Notes under the pieces: generated by a model
Database searches by the model: none
Told to the model about the DNA's origin: nothing
Seen by the model: only the letters and a program-made list of their open reading frames with translations
Shown: positions 38,050-62,110 of the stretch, piece by piece
Layout of the letters: each line of letters opens with the position of its first letter
Numbering within the stretch: position 1 is the stretch's first letter
Program-made: the position numbers and the translations under genes
Assembly (NCBI GenBank): GCA_051294375.1
Contig: CM119263.1
Span: forward strand, 24,285,657 to 24,349,656
From: Paraspadella gotoi
Lineage: Eukaryota > Animalia > Chaetognatha
Length of the DNA stretch: 64,000 bases
Reading direction: 5' to 3'

Positions 38050-39168
38050 TCACAAATCACTTTTTTTAGACCTCGCTCCGAATATAAGAGATCCTACACG
38101 AACGTTAGTGCTTCCAACAGTGACGGCATGTTCAAAGTCGTTTGACATTCCCATACTAAGTTCGAGGTCATCAGGACTCCAAGAGAGAGTCTCCGCCACT
38201 TGGCTCCGCAACGAAAGAAGCCGTTGAAAATCCGGATTAGGCCCCGTTGAAAGATCGTGGTCAAAAGCGCCGATCGTCATTAATCCAGATAACTGCAGTT
38301 CGCGTTTTCAAGAAAACCATTGAAGGATTAATTAATTTCAATTAGTTTTTCCGTACTACGTCATTACCTTCAAGTGAGGGCAACTTGTCACGATATGCGA
38401 ACATAACTTTTCTGCGCCCTGTTCGTCCTCACCACTTTTTTGTGCTTCGCCACTAGTATTTACTTGAACCATAACCTTAAATTGAAGTAAACACCGATTA
38501 ACTTGAGCTAAACATATCTATGTTTAGCTTTATAATTAAAGTATAGAGAAAATATTTTGTCACCTTCAAAGGAGGTTTTTGTTCTTGAAAAATTGATTTG
38601 TTCAATAAATTTGCAAGCTTAATCGAATTCACTGTCTCCACCATATGAATATTGGGACATTTAACGATTAATTTGGCCTGGAATTAAAGTCCAATAAGTT
38701 TAAAATTTACGAGTACTTTATAAAATTTATTAACAGAATTACCTTATTTGATTGTAAAGGCCCAATTAAATGCCAACAAATTTCTGGACACGATTGCTGA
38801 ATCTCTTCATTATTAGCCTTGTCTTTGAAAAATTGGGTTTTATTACTCGAGTTCAATGTTATATAGCCCAGTTCTTAAATTTTGAAATACCAGACAGTTC
38901 CTGGACATAGTTCTCTCCAAAATGTCGTTGTCCAGCATCGTAGCAATCGATGATTAGCTTTACAGGCTTGGTCTGTCAGGTAAATGGAACTAAATTTGAA
39001 TTTTGCCTAAATTAAATGTAAATTTTATTTTCTTCTCGCCTTTGAAACTGCTACTAAACGAGGATGTTTAAATGATGTCCCTTTAAGTTGTCTTTCTTTA
39101 GAAGCTTCGAGAATTTTTAGTTTCACCTCGTTCAAATTCTTAGCTACGTCGAATTCTGGTTCAGCCAT
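38050..39168 (-). CDS. PLPBP: Pyridoxal phosphate homeostasis protein (PROSC/YggS)
   Basis: RLVAVSK|[23 protein letters not shown]-like exon, VQVNTSGE and [14 protein letters not shown]...[15 protein letters not shown]. First intron appears GC-AG. Confidence 0.92.
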
Positions 39169-41125
39169 TTTGGCAACTAGAAAGAAAAACCTTATAATTG
39201 TAAACTGTATTCTGACATTTTCATCGAAAATCTATTAACAAACATTTTTATAAGGCGATTTTTAATTGTTTAAAAAAAATTGTAAATTTAAATTTTAAAA
39301 ATAACTAGCTATTTCGAAAAGTCGCTGGTGCAATAATATTCAATTATTAAAAATATTTCAGTTTTTAAACAAATCTAAGCGCATCTAAAAAAGAAATAAT
39401 GACAAAAAATCATTTGTAACAACTATTTATTTACCATATCTTTTTATCTTTTTTATTCCTAAAAAAATAAAAGAGTACAAAGGAATTCGCTTAAAAATCT
39501 ATGTATAGCTCTTTGTTAACAAAATAATACGTAACTATTCATTCTTAAAGTTTACTTCGAATCATGAAAATTTAAACAACCAGTTCATTAATTATAAAAA
39601 AAGTTTTATGGATACAAAAAAGTATCTCATTTTAAGTTTGGGTTGCACGGAATTAGGAAATTTAAAACAAAGTTCCCTCTTTCAATTGAACCCAAGCCAA
39701 GACTATCACTTAAAACAAGACAAATAGTAATTAGAAAAGTTTCAGTTCAATGGCTATTTGAACTCTTTGAAACTAAAAATTAGCATGAAAAAAGTAAAAA
39801 AAAAAACCTTTTTTTAACTAAGTCAGCCTGCGAGTTTTTCTAAATAATTATCACTAAAACCATAACCAATGACTTAAAAACAAACGGCAGGCATTTGCAC
39901 TCAGCAAGAAATTAACGGAGCAAAACGGGATTAAAGAACAAAAATTGACCAAAATATTCTGCCTTCCTTTTAATTTAATTATTAAATTTTCATAATAAGT
40001 TTTATATTTAGACTGCTAATTTTCTTCTTACAAATAGTCTGTGTCCTGGACGAATATGTACGTTTTAGCTCATCTACTCTCACCTCTGAGGTAGCCAAAA
40101 AGGTTTTAAATTCAGGAAGCCTCAAGAGCTGAGAGCGAGGACAGTATAGTACACCACTTTTCGAGATGAAAAGAAAGGTACGAGAAAAAATAACAATATC
40201 TATCATTCAAGTTAACCGCGATTATTAGACAAACATTCCTTGAAATGCTGTTAAATAATAAGGAAGACTGCAACCCACAAGCCGCAAACTGAGATTTATA
40301 TAATTAAAACAAATCGAAACGGGCATTTTAAAAAAAGCACGCGGTTTGTATTTTTTTTGTTGTCTTATCGCTGTTAACAAATACACTTAATGTTTAACAA
40401 AAAGGCATTCAAAGCTCTAACATGAATGCCAGAAATTCGATCATTTAAAAAACGAATCATTACGGAAGGAAAAGACGAAAAACATAAAGCGCATATTAAA
40501 ATATTTCGATTAATTGACAACGATTAGTAAAGCAGTTCATGAGAAAAATAGGAGAAATATTAAAGAAAAAAAATCATGAAAATTGCTGTCCAATCATGGT
40601 TGTCAAAGAAAGCGTTATTCTTAAAAATATCGCCATGTTTTTGTCTATCCTTGGTCTCGTGATCGGCACGGTAACAAAAAAATAATTGCATACAAGAAGA
40701 GGCAACAAATTTAACGAGTCGATGATCAATGATATGATTAGATCATGGTCAAAAAGATACAATCGGCCCGATTTTACAAAATGCAAAAAACAAGTAAATC
40801 TTTTAATAGTTTTATGATCTCTAACTTGACTAACCATTACAGTTAATATAAAAAATTAGAAATCATTTAACAACATTTTATAATCAAAATTATTATGCAG
40901 ACAATGAAAAGAATCAAAAAGGCGAGTAATCAACGGAGTAGTTTCGATTTTATATATTTTACCGCTTTATCCACCTTTTCCTGACTGCTTAAACACTTTT
41001 TTAGAAAAAAAAATAGGTTATTTTTTTTTGCGTTTTAAAATATTTTAGCACTTAGCAATGTTATTGAAAGCGTATTACGGAGAATTTTCGGGTGTTAATA
41101 ATAACGAATCGTAGTTTGCCAGTGA

Positions 41126-45441
<4,316 letters not shown>

Positions 45442-46145
45442 CTTTCTCTGCTTATCTCTCTCTCCCTCACACCTCTGCCAGTTTAAACTATAGGAAAAGA
45501 AAACAGTCCATAAATAAATATTAAATAAGAGCAATCGTTAGCAACAATCTGTTTTGGCAAATAAATACGAAAGTAAGCCGGAAAATAATTCAACGGAAGG
45601 AATAAAGATGAAAAAAATTCAGCTTGCGAATGTTGGCGACAGTTGGAGTGTGCGCCTAAAGGAAAACTAGTAATTTTTTCGAAATATTCGAGAATGTTAT
45701 ACGCATTATATTGAATTATCTATGTGTATAAAATTAAGGGCTACTGCTAAAAAACATTGCTTCAAAAAAAAACAAAAAAACAAAAAACTTAAAACAATTT
45801 TTAAAAAGTTTGATTTCCCCGGCATCACAGATAAATCTTCGACAGGAAATGACTAATTTCCTCAATAGACAATACTGATGGTAACCCAGAATACCATCTC
45901 AAACATAAATACTAATCAATAAATATTAAATAATCAAAAACAGAAAATAAAAGTTAAAGGATGATTGCCTTATGAGCGATAGGCGGTAGTAGCAAAGAAA
46001 ATAAAAAGCACTATAATCCGATATGATAAATTAAAGAGCGTATAAATAAAAAATTGAGGCCATAAAGTTTTAGCGAGAAAGACAAAACGTGCGGCACACT
46101 GTAATAAATAAGGAATTGATAAATCGGTGAGGAATGGGTGAAGTT

Positions 46146-49100
46146 TCACCACTTTTTTAATTCTTCATTGGCTTTGATCCTAGCTTCCATATCCTGCATA
46201 TTTTCCCGCATCTCCTCCAGGGCGAGATGCAGCTTTCGCCTTCGCTTCGATTGTTGCTCCCCTCCGTCGCGGTCACACTCGACTCCTTTGATGTCGTACA
46301 ACCAGACGCGTCCGAAGTCATCCCCGGCTGCCAAAATCTGATAATCCAAAATGAAAGACAAAAGCTACAAATGGCTACGGGCAGACTATACAAAGGACAT
46401 GGAGCCTTATAAGCAGGTTTCGACACATTAGCTCTTAAAATCTTCTCACCTGCTCTCTACCCCCTCCAAAGGTCGACCACGCGAGTCGGTTGAGGGCCAC
46501 AGCTGGGTCGGGCCTCACAGACGCGAACGGAAGCTGTAGGTCTGAACTAACGTCCCAGAGCGAGAGGACTCCGCCAGCGTCGACGGCGGCGAACATGGAG
46601 GCCACTCCGGGGGACCAGGCCACGTCGAGAACGTAGTCGGAGAAGTCTTCGAACGAATTGAGACACGTCAACTCGGGCGACGACGACGAGGGGGCATGCG
46701 ATGATCTCCAAAGTTTGACAGTTCTGTTGGATGAGTGGCTAATTTCATAATTATCTAACCCATTACTAATCATTACCGATCATGACTAAACAAAACAGAT
46801 TACCTGTCAAAAGACGAGGTGAGTATCAAATTGCCGTAATCGCGGGAGGGATGGCAAGAAATGCCCGTAACGGGTCCGTAATGACTGAAAAAGTTTTCGG
46901 GCGACGCTCCTTTACCCAGCGATCCAGATCCGTGCCGGTCGACAACGAATACCGTACCTTCTTCGGATCCAACAAAGAAAGATCTAGCCGAAAATAAAAA
47001 AAATAACTATAAAATATTATTGAATACCATGATGAACCACCAAAAGCGCGAATAACAATTAAGAAGAGGTGGTACCTGTGATTAAAGGTATCTTCTTTTT
47101 CATTGGTGAGTTGATGTTTGAAGAAAGACATACAGGTAGCAGCTAAAGGACGGTGAGGGGAATGGACCTGAAGAAGAAAATGATTTCTAATCAATAAAAA
47201 AAAAGGCGATTCTTAAAGGATTATGTTAAAACCTGCGTCAGCTCCATAGTCTCGACCGGTTGAGTCAACATATCCATCGCCCAACTACACATTTTCCCGT
47301 CAGTCGATATGGAAATTAACGAATGTGCGTGAGTAGATCCCATTACTCCCAAGCAATAAACCTGAAACAGAAATGATATTTATAAATAAGTGTTTTGAAA
47401 GAAGTAGCGGGTGGATTTGTCTTACCGGGTGAGTGTGTCCTCCGCTGGCTGAAAGCGGCGTGCGTTGCACTGGGGTTCTCCTGGGAACTCTGTTGTCCCA
47501 CAATACGATTTGACCGCTGTAAGTGCCGCCGATGACAAGGTTTTGATGAAAGGGAGAGAAGGAAGCCGACATAACTCCAGACTGACAGTGAAATATGAAT
47601 TCAGGTTCTGCGGAAAAAAGAAGACGCCCAAATCACAAAGTACTTAAAAATAATATAATGGCACTGTGGACGCAACTCTGAAACTTGTGGCGTCCACAGC
47701 ACATTATTACCAGCCGACGACTTCTCGCTGTTGGCAGACATGAATCTTGCGTTCCAAACTAGGGCGACGCCGTCGGGTTCTAGCGGCGAATCCTCGTGAC
47801 TTCCATATGTGGCCAGCAACAATTCTGTAGATTTGACGAATCAGATTAAAACGCACACTTAAGGGAACGCAGTGATAGAGGGGGGTCAGGAGGGGTCAAC
47901 ATTTTTTTAAATTAAATGACCTTGCGGACTTTATTTCTGTAATTTCTGTTTTTACAATAATATATTGAATTAATTATTATTGATTTATGATAACATGTTT
48001 ATCACTGGGTTCCCTTAAATCACGACAAGATAAATAAAAAAAAAAATTAAATGATCCATTGTTCATAATTATTATTCTCATTTTTTATCAATATACAATT
48101 TATACATTTATGAAATTGGTACAACCAATATAAAAATTATACATTCATATATTGTTATACTTATTTTTATTGCTTTTACCGTTGTGATGCTGGGACCACT
48201 GAAGCGAAGTAACCACCCGGTGCCGTGACCAACGATCGTGAAAAAATAGGTCAGCATTCTTGAGAATGGCTTCGGCGCCGTCATCGTCGTCCTCGAAGCC
48301 TTTCAACTCTTCGCTAGCGCCAACGTAATCAATGAAGATGTCACTTCTCTCCGTTTTTAAAGCTCGTTCCATGACTTTTGAGGAATTCTGCGATTCAAAT
48401 CGAAAGAATAAAAGCAACAAACATGATAGATTAGAAGATCGCATTGACTCACGTGCAAGAAGCTCACGAAATCATCCGACTTTTCGATGACCCGCTTTTC
48501 ATTTTCCGTCAGTTCTTTAAGCAACGTGCGACCGAACGACGACGATGACATGGACCCACTAGGCGTCTCCGAAGTGCCTGATAGAGGAGGGTATACCCAT
48601 TGAAGACTCTCGAACGCTTCCAAGCAACCTTTGTGTACGTATAAAATCTTCATTTGTATCTAATACTTAAAATAAATGCGTTATTAAAATATTGGGAGAC
48701 ATTAATTTTCATCAGTTTCAAGTTTTAAATACATTTTTGTAATCAACATACATATAAAAAATCTTAAAAGTATAGTGATATCGCCAGATTTTACTATCAA
48801 AGAAAATTAATGAAAAAATCTGAAAAAAATAATGAATGATTGATACAATAATAAATTATTAATGTAATAGTAATTGATTAATAAATGGTAATTGATTCGA
48901 TGATAACCGAATATTGATGCAATGATAACCAAAGAATTTATGCGATGATTGCCAAAATATTGATACAATGATTGCCAAAAGATTGATGTAATGATAGCTA
49001 AAGGAATGAGGCGATGATAATCATTCATTAACGCAATGATAATCATTCATTGATGCAATAATAATCCTTCATTGACACAATTAATCATTCATCATAAATA

Positions 49101-51140
49101 AAATAAATGCGTGTATGTGTGAGAGAAAAAAAAAATTAGAGAGAAGCTGGACAGCCGCTGTTTTTAATGAACTCGTTTTTAAACAAATCAGAAGAAGCTG
49201 CAATGGAAAAAGATATAATTAAAGAGAGAAATAAAGAGAAACTGGACAGCCGCTGTAGCAGATTAATTTGTGGATTAACTTAAATGAGATTGATTTCCTC
49301 AATCTCATTTACATATTATCGTATTCTGATTAAGCTTTGATAAATTTTTATTCTATTGCCCTAAAAGTTTAATATTAATATTTTACATTTGTAAATGATC
49401 ATGTTTGCTTATAGTTCAATTAATAACTAAATAATTAATGATTTAATTATCATAATTGCTAGTTTACAACTTTAATTATTCTTGTACAGTCGCTGCAGAG
49501 CTGAACTCATCTATATATATAAAAATTGTTTTGTAAATAAAACAAACAAATGAATATAAGAATATAAAACATAACAATTTAAAAGACCTCAATAATGAAA
49601 AGGCATATCTAAATTTTCAGCTTTCTATGGTTACACACTTGAACTATTTTCAATGTTAAAACAGCGTGACGACGACAACGACTACGGTCAAAAGCAGAAA
49701 CGAATTAAAATCTCACCCAAGTCGGGCCCGTCTGGCGAGATAAAAATAATATACAGCAAAATATGAAAGAATACAGTCATGTGCAAAAAAACGCGCCAAT
49801 TTATTATCAGCTTGAAAAATTTTTTTCAATATTTAAATTTTTTAATTTTTAAAAAAAATTTTAAAAAAATTAAAATTTATTAAAATATAAAAAGTTTAAT
49901 ATAAATTTTATTAAAATTGGGCTATCCGTTTTTTAAATAAATTTTTTTAAATAAAATACTTATAAATAATATTCAATTTTCCCCTTTCTTAAACCACTCG
50001 ACTAATTTTTATAAAATATATATATTGATTAAATTTAATTTTTAAAAATATTCTTATAAAGCATCAGGAATTAAAATTATTTTTTTGCACATGAGTGTAC
50101 GTAGCTAATTTCAAAAAATCATAGCACGCATTAACATTTTAATGGATAAAAATCGGAGAATTGATTTATAATGAGATTAGACGATTTACCGGCGTTAGCG
50201 GCTTCAACGAGAGAAGGGGATTCTGATCTGTCGCCCTTGGGCCTGACTCTCGAGGGAACCGGCATCTGCGCCTTTGGTCGTGTTTGAGGTCCGGCTCCGT
50301 CATAATCCTCCTCATCCTCTTCTCCCTCATCGTCGTCGGACTCTTTTGGATGAAACTCGTCCTCCCATTCGAAAGTATGGAACACAAATGGACCTGGATA
50401 AAATTTCAACCGTTGACCAATGATAGCTATGAAGCCACTAACAATGTCAGCTTGATAATGATACGTCTCATAGTCATACGTCAATAATATAGTTTTAAGT
50501 AAAACAAATTTGTTTTGTAATTGTAAAAACCTTCGTAAAGATGTAGAGGCTTGGCGTCTTTAGCTAGGCCCTGGGAGCCCGAGGGAGTTTGAGTCTGTTT
50601 AGTGTAACAGACAAAATCCTTTGGAAGAATGGACAGCTGCGAAACTTGCGATAAAGAAAGGTTTTTGGTAGGCGTTCGTGCCGTGAAGTATTGGCTGAAA
50701 ATAAAATACATTGTACACATCGGATCATGATTAAAATTAGATATGACTTACCTATTTGGACTAGACAGACATTTAGTCTGATTAACGTTTTGTTGTAGGC
50801 TAAGTTCCCCTGGAGTAGAAGTTCCCGAAGAACTCCGCGGCGTGTCTATGCCGCTCAACCCTCCAAGGCGTGCTTTAGAGATCTCTTGAAGAACTTCTTC
50901 GATGAATGTTTCATCGCATCGCGAAAGGGACCCTTTTCACGACGAGACGAAAATTAAAAAACGCCTCAGTTTCAAAAGGAGCGAGGACAAAGTGTACGTA
51001 CCGGTTTGGCCCGATTTGGCGGTCGATGAGGCATCGTGGGCGGGGTCCCGCTTGGAATGCAAGTTTCGTAATCTTTTCTCCTCGCGAATCGCCGCCAATC
51101 GCGCGCGTTTTTCTTCCAGTTCTAACTTTCGTTGATTCAT
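46146..51140 (-). CDS. DYNC1I: Cytoplasmic dynein 1 intermediate chain (WD40)
   Basis: [21 protein letters not shown]8-binding [31 protein letters not shown]...TPVQRTPLS and [10 protein letters not shown]. Confidence 0.9.
47863..48014. mobile_element. 152-bp MITE with TTAA TSD (Kolobok-like termini)
   Basis: TTAA-GGGAACGCAGTGATA ... TATCACTGGGTTCCC-TTAA. Confidence 0.65.
48757..49741. mobile_element. HINE/DINE-1-like repeat family A, near-complete copy
   Basis: Same ends as 35225-36232 (GTGATATCGCCAGA ... GCCCGTCTGGCGAGAT-AAAAA). Confidence 0.7.
49774..50097. mobile_element. Tc1/mariner-like MITE
   Basis: TA-CAGTCATGTGCAAAAAAA ... TTTTTTTGCACATGAGTG-TA. Confidence 0.7.
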
Positions 51141-51914
51141 CGTCGTCCCTAACGAGTCAGATCGTAGACCAGCCCGAAGATTGTTGCGTTTTATGATGCA
51201 TTACCATGAAATTTTTTCCCCGCAGTGTGATAATCACACCTTTATTAACTTCCTGAGTTTAGGAAAGGTTTCGTTGCATTTTTGGAACAACTGCACTGAA
51301 TTTTTAATCGTAAATAATTTTTTTTTTTCAAATTTCATCGCATATCATTATGTATAAAATGAAGCAAACACAAAAACCGAATATAGAAGTTAGGGGTTTT
51401 TCGACAAAAAAAATACGGTTTTCTATTTTTTCTTTGTCTTTATAAAATTTCAAACTTTTATTGACGTCTTTAAGGGTAATTTGAAAAAAAGCACTTCGCA
51501 TTTTAGTCTCTTTGTCGTCAGAAATTTGCGGAACCTTATAAAGCCTGATGAAGCAATATGTATGTTTATTAAAAAAAGACTACAGAAGATTAAGAAATCT
51601 TCAAGTTGATTACTTGCTAAATTATTTATTAGCGAACGAATGGCCAAAAAAAAAGATTTTTTTTCTCGTTTGTTGCAGCCCAACAAAGGGTAATTTTTAA
51701 AAAAATATTTTTTATCAGAATCAGATAAAAAAATTGTTTTAATATAACTAATATTTTTTATCATTATATTGCCTGCATTAGAGATTAAAAATTGACACCC
51801 TACTTAATTCAAAAATATATTCAGCATTTGGACAAACCGATAGACAAGAAAATAACAAAATGAACATAGGCTTAGGTCCTGGATTTTTGCTTAATAAGGC
51901 CATTTGCAGCGCTC

Positions 51915-52289
51915 TTACTTTTGTCTAGCAAGAATCTGATCTCTTCGAGGATCTCCGGTCCATTCATTGTAAGGGACTTCCACGTGCTTTTGTACATCAT
52001 AGTCCCATCGCATCGAAACGTTTTCTTTCTTTTTTGGTACATCTAGCTTGCCTCCATCGTTGTCCCACCATTTCTCTATTGAGGTCGTTTCTTGATCAAG
52101 AACGTCGGACGGTGTGGTCTTAGAGTCAATAGGATTCACCTGATCATTTTTTTCCGGAGAGGTATTTAAAGAGAGAGACTTAGATCCGAAGCCTCTCCGT
52201 GTAGATGGGTATTTAAAGATAGTCACGGCATAGGAATCATTTTTAACAGCATTTAAAGTTCGAAAAAAAGAGTGAAAAATTAACGTCAT
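51915..52289 (-). CDS. Unknown 124-aa protein, possible mitochondrial presequence
   Basis: ATG directly after a TTTTACAG acceptor; coding-like composition; basic, hydroxylated N-terminus. No family recognised. Confidence 0.5.
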   Translation of the reverse strand: MTLIFHSFFRTLNAVKNDSYAVTIFKYPSTRRGFGSKSLSLNTSPEKNDQVNPIDSKTTPSDVLDQETTSIEKWWDNDGGKLDVPKKKENVSMRWDYDVQKHVEVPYNEWTGDPRRDQILARQK

Positions 52290-52427
52290 TGCTGTAAAAG
52301 AATGAATTACAAAGAATCAAACATGAACATACCAGGTATAAAAAAACGCAGTATAGTAACCAAAAGACTAGAACATAAACCGCCTATATAATTTTTAAAC
52401 ATAGTAATAAATCGGACACATTAATAT

Positions 52428-53144
52428 TTAATGTCGTCGTCGATTAATTTTTATTGTAAAACCCATCCAAATAACAATACAAATAAGACAAGATAACCAT
52501 CCTATAAATGAGATTCTTGACGTAAACCAATTCGAGCAAATCCCTAATATCAAACTAGAGAATCCAAGAAATGCCACGCAGCAGCCGGCTAACGCGTGGA
52601 TTCTTTTGACTTCCTTAGAAGAGAAAAAATCCTGCATGTTTGAGTAAAGGGCAAATATTCCGGCAAAAGCTTGAATTAAAACGCAAGAGATCGTTATAAT
52701 TCCTATTAATCCGTGCCACGTAGTAAAATGAGTCTTGTTGTGTAGCGTCTTGTTGTAAAAGATTACTGCAACACCTATAGATCCTGAAATGACACAGACG
52801 AGCATTGCCACCCAATGAAAACGAACCTGAAAGTGTGCATGTAATGATGTATATATGCAATTTATGCATGCATTCGTGTTAGATTTAATTTCTATCAAGT
52901 AATAGAAATTATAAACAAAAGTTTAACAGACCTTGAGGATGTATTTTGGATTGTTGATGAAAACGTTGAGAGTCGTTAAATCCGAATTGATAAATGAAAG
53001 ACCATCAGTGAGAAGAAAAGCAAAACTAAGAGTCATGAGGAATGGATGCCAATTAAACAATACGCTATCAGGTCCCACCAATGGCCATGTCAAATAACCA
53101 ATTAGAATTAAAGCCAGAAAGCGGGGGATGTGGTACAACAGCAT
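52428..53144 (-). CDS. CYB561D2: Cytochrome b561 domain-containing protein
   Basis: Heme-ligand motifs FNWHPFLM, RFHW, HFTTWHGLIG and KRIHALAG in TM helices. Confidence 0.8.
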
Positions 53145-53973
53145 TGTGAATAAAATAGTTTTTTTAATTGTAAACCTAAGGAAAAATGGATATATAATAA
53201 GGCACATTGAACAAACGTACATATTTTTGTATTATATAACTTATTTGCATCAAAACAAAAGTAAGTCTAATAAAATTTTTCAATAAAACAATAAAATTTT
53301 TCAAACTAACTTAATTTTTTAAAAACATTGCAAGACAATCAAAATTCCGTTCAATAGCAAAAGAATATTTTAATTTCAATACATGATTTAGATTTAAAAT
53401 CCGTAATTTCACTCGTTTAATGACGTAAATGGAAATATGATCAAAACCATTTTTAAAACGGCATTTAATAATATTTTTTAAAAAAAATTGATTAAAGATT
53501 ATTTGATAAGTTAATTTTAAATTGCAATACACCATTATAAATCAAAAAGCTTCCTAAACAATATGGTCTGCAAATAGCCTCCACTAAATCTAGAAGTACA
53601 ATAAATGAGTTCTAAGACATTCTCATTAAATTCTATTACATACAAAAAGTATGTATATTTTACAAAGACTAGAGTTAACAAAACTAATAAGTGTAACCAG
53701 TTATTATCATCGCCAGATATGTTTTTCTGTACAAAATCAAAATTATAAAAATATTGTCCCCGTTTGTGCTCTGCTCTTGTATTATTCATAAAATATCAAG
53801 AATTTAACAAAACAATTCAACTCCCTTCCAAAAAACAAAAACAACAAAAAACCGATAACAAGAACTGTGAACACATGTTTAATACAAATTCTAATGCAAG
53901 TGCAACAAGGATATCATTGCCTTTCTTCAAATTAAGGAGTTGGAGAATAATCCCAGTGCGGAGGTTGAGCACG

Positions 53974-59473
<5,500 letters not shown>

Positions 59474-60187
59474 TATTCCAGGGTTTGACCAATCGAAAAT
59501 TAATTGGTCTGCAGAAGAATGAAAGTTTCTGGTGCTATTTTCGTCTCTTCATATTCGGTTAACTGTTTCTAATCATCTGTTATGTTTGAAAAACAACATA
59601 AAGCCAAAATAAGGAAAAAGTGTATATGAAAATTAAGAATTACACAAATATAAAATTATCAAAACAGCAAAGGTTAAAAAATATACGCATTTAATAACCA
59701 TCTAACTACCAAACTCGGTGTGCAAATCGGAATAACACAAAAAAAAACATTCAAGCTCAAAAACTGTCATGAATTTGCAAATGAGATGGATTTTTAGAGA
59801 GAATTATTATCACAAAAAATATATATAACAGGAACAACCGAGATCTATTTAGTCTATTTACTAGTCCATTTTCAGCAATCTTAAAATATTAAGAAAATTT
59901 TTTAGCTAATTGTTATTCATAAAAATATACAAATATATAAAAAGAATTAATGACCAACTTTCAAACCCAACGTTAATGACAACTGACATATTCTCTCCAT
60001 ATTATATTAAAATATAAAAAGATTTTACATAAATTAAAATAAATCCCAAATTCAAGCATAGCTAATTGATTTTGAGTATTCGGTGAGTATTACTGCAGAA
60101 GCTTAGAAATGAAAAAAAAGGTTTTCCCTTCAAAAGGTTAGCGCATATTTGGCAAAGTTAAAGAAGCAATGTTATTAATAAGCACTT

Positions 60188-61261
60188 TCAGAAACTAGGA
60201 TCTTTAATTCTGCGAGAGTTAGCCCTCTCCTTTTCTCGAAGCAGTCTCCGTTCAAGCTTCATTTTTTTCCGTTCCAGCCTCTCAATCTTGGTAATTCTGG
60301 TTCTTTCAGGACGATCCAATTTGAACCTTTCCTTTCGCGTCCCCTTTTTCCCCTTTTTCACCTTCCTTGTTCTATCTCGCTCCCTCCCGACAGCCACGTA
60401 ATCAGGAACCCCCGCCTTCCCCTCGGTCCTTCCCCAAGTCGCCGAGGATGGTGCAATGACGCGAGAATTACTCCTGGACGGGACAATGGGATTGGATACG
60501 TCGCTTTGTTTCATGACGACCCGGGGAACAGCGGTTGTTACGAGACGCGCCGATGCCTGTTTGTTTTGGCGGCGATTGTTAGGTCGCTTAGACTTGACTT
60601 TTTCTGCTTCCGAACTGGAAGAAACGGCCGGTTTCATACAGGCACCCTTATGGGCCATTCTAATATGGGCATTCTTTTGACAGGCGGCGACCTGCAGGTG
60701 ACATCGACTTTCGTAAGAGTTTCCATCGTTTCCACATATTTCCTTGTTCCGTTTATCTTTTTTCTTTCCTTTCAATGGTCCCGGTTTGGAGCACATTTCG
60801 ACCGGGAAACAGCGACAGACGGGCAGGCCTTGAATATTCTTGACGCAACGTTGCAGCCTTTTGCATTTAAAGCCGAGACATGGGTCGTTGTCTGAGGAAT
60901 TGCGAGAAGACACGCCCTTCGAGGAGGCCATGAATTCTTCGTTGGGTTCACGACAGACCGAGCAGCAGTCCCCGCAAGGTGATATGGCGCGAAATTCCTG
61001 GGGGCAGAAAGAAAGATCCGGGCAGTGAGGCAAGGTTTCGCGAAACTCGAGCACGGCCGACGGACATCGGGAGCGGATAGCGTCCATATCCGCCGTGGAC
61101 GAGTTGAGAGGCCGCGACGATCCGTCCGCGCAATCAATCATTGTCGGGGTTCTTTGAAACGAGGGTGGGCGAACAACAACTTTTCCATTTTGGCGTCGAA
61201 TTGCGACCGAGAAGGGAATTATACAGAGCGTCAAATATAGAGTAAAGTAATTTAATTTCAT
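60188..61261 (-). CDS. Secreted Cys-rich follistatin/Kazal-domain protein with basic C-terminus
   Basis: Signal peptide, vWC-like CP...GDCCSVC, FOLN DPCLGFKC...C...PVCRC, Kazal ICGNDGNSYESRCHL...HKGAC, K/R-rich tail. Confidence 0.75.
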   Translation of the reverse strand: MKLNYFTLYLTLCIIPFSVAIRRQNGKVVVRPPSFQRTPTMIDCADGSSRPLNSSTADMDAIRSRCPSAVLEFRETLPHCPDLSFCPQEFRAISPCGDCCSVCREPNEEFMASSKGVSSRNSSDNDPCLGFKCKRLQRCVKNIQGLPVCRCFPVEMCSKPGPLKGKKKDKRNKEICGNDGNSYESRCHLQVAACQKNAHIRMAHKGACMKPAVSSSSEAEKVKSKRPNNRRQNKQASARLVTTAVPRVVMKQSDVSNPIVPSRSNSRVIAPSSATWGRTEGKAGVPDYVAVGRERDRTRKVKKGKKGTRKERFKLDRPERTRITKIERLERKKMKLERRLLREKERANSRRIKDPSF

Positions 61262-61844
61262 TTTAAGAATTTTTGGGAACACTGAAAGAGACAGTTGATG
61301 ACTTTATGACTGAAGACTTCTAATATTCAGTTAATATGCAGCGAAAAGAATAGGAGCCAAGTTCGGATAAAGCATTATTTTTGCTTGAAGAAAAGTTTGA
61401 GCATTCGTATATGGACCTTGACGGTAGTTGTAAAAGAAAAAAAAAGTAGTTGTGATCAATTAGAATCGTAACATAAAAGACAAATTCCTGAACGACTAAA
61501 ATGTTATATAACTTATAAGCAATTGAACCTAATGCGAGTTTGTATTACATATGTGATTAAAATGATATCAACCTAAACGAGATTAGGGTCCAATGTTCAT
61601 CTCGAAATTGATTCTTAAAACTCTTGAAAGTCCAATAACCAATGGACGACATTAGAGACCACCGGTGCTAATTGATGTACCAATTTTTTTTTTCCGAGAA
61701 AGGAACTAAAAAAAAATATAATCGTTAATAATCAAGAGTCATTCAAAAAGTCTAAACGACCACAGCCAACAATCACCGACGAATAAAAGTAAGGGACGGC
61801 AACGAAGAGTTGTAGATGGTCGACCGGACTTTACAGTCACTCAC

Positions 61845-62110
61845 CAAGAACTACGCCATTTCTGCTCTTCCTTCGACGGAGCAGGAATCCCACCGCCGCT
61901 CCTGGGTCCGCGACTGTGGCGTCAGGCGCCGCTCAGAAGAGGCAGAGACGCTGTGCGGCGGCGGCTAGCCAATTGGGGGAGGCGGAATCGGCCGCAGGAT
62001 TTAAGCGAAGGTGGAGAGCGGAGGTGGGGCGGACAGCTGACGAGAGGCTGCTGCGAGGCTGCCGCGAGACGGACCAACAGAACCCAACAGAATTCCTGTT
62101 TGAAATGCTT
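61845..62110. promoter_or_regulatory. GC/CpG-rich island at the strand switch; putative bidirectional promoter
   Basis: CCAATTGG palindrome at about 61969, GGCGG boxes and ATTTAAG at about 61999. A minus-strand donor GTGAGT at about 61844 could pair with the acceptor at 61283. Confidence 0.45.
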
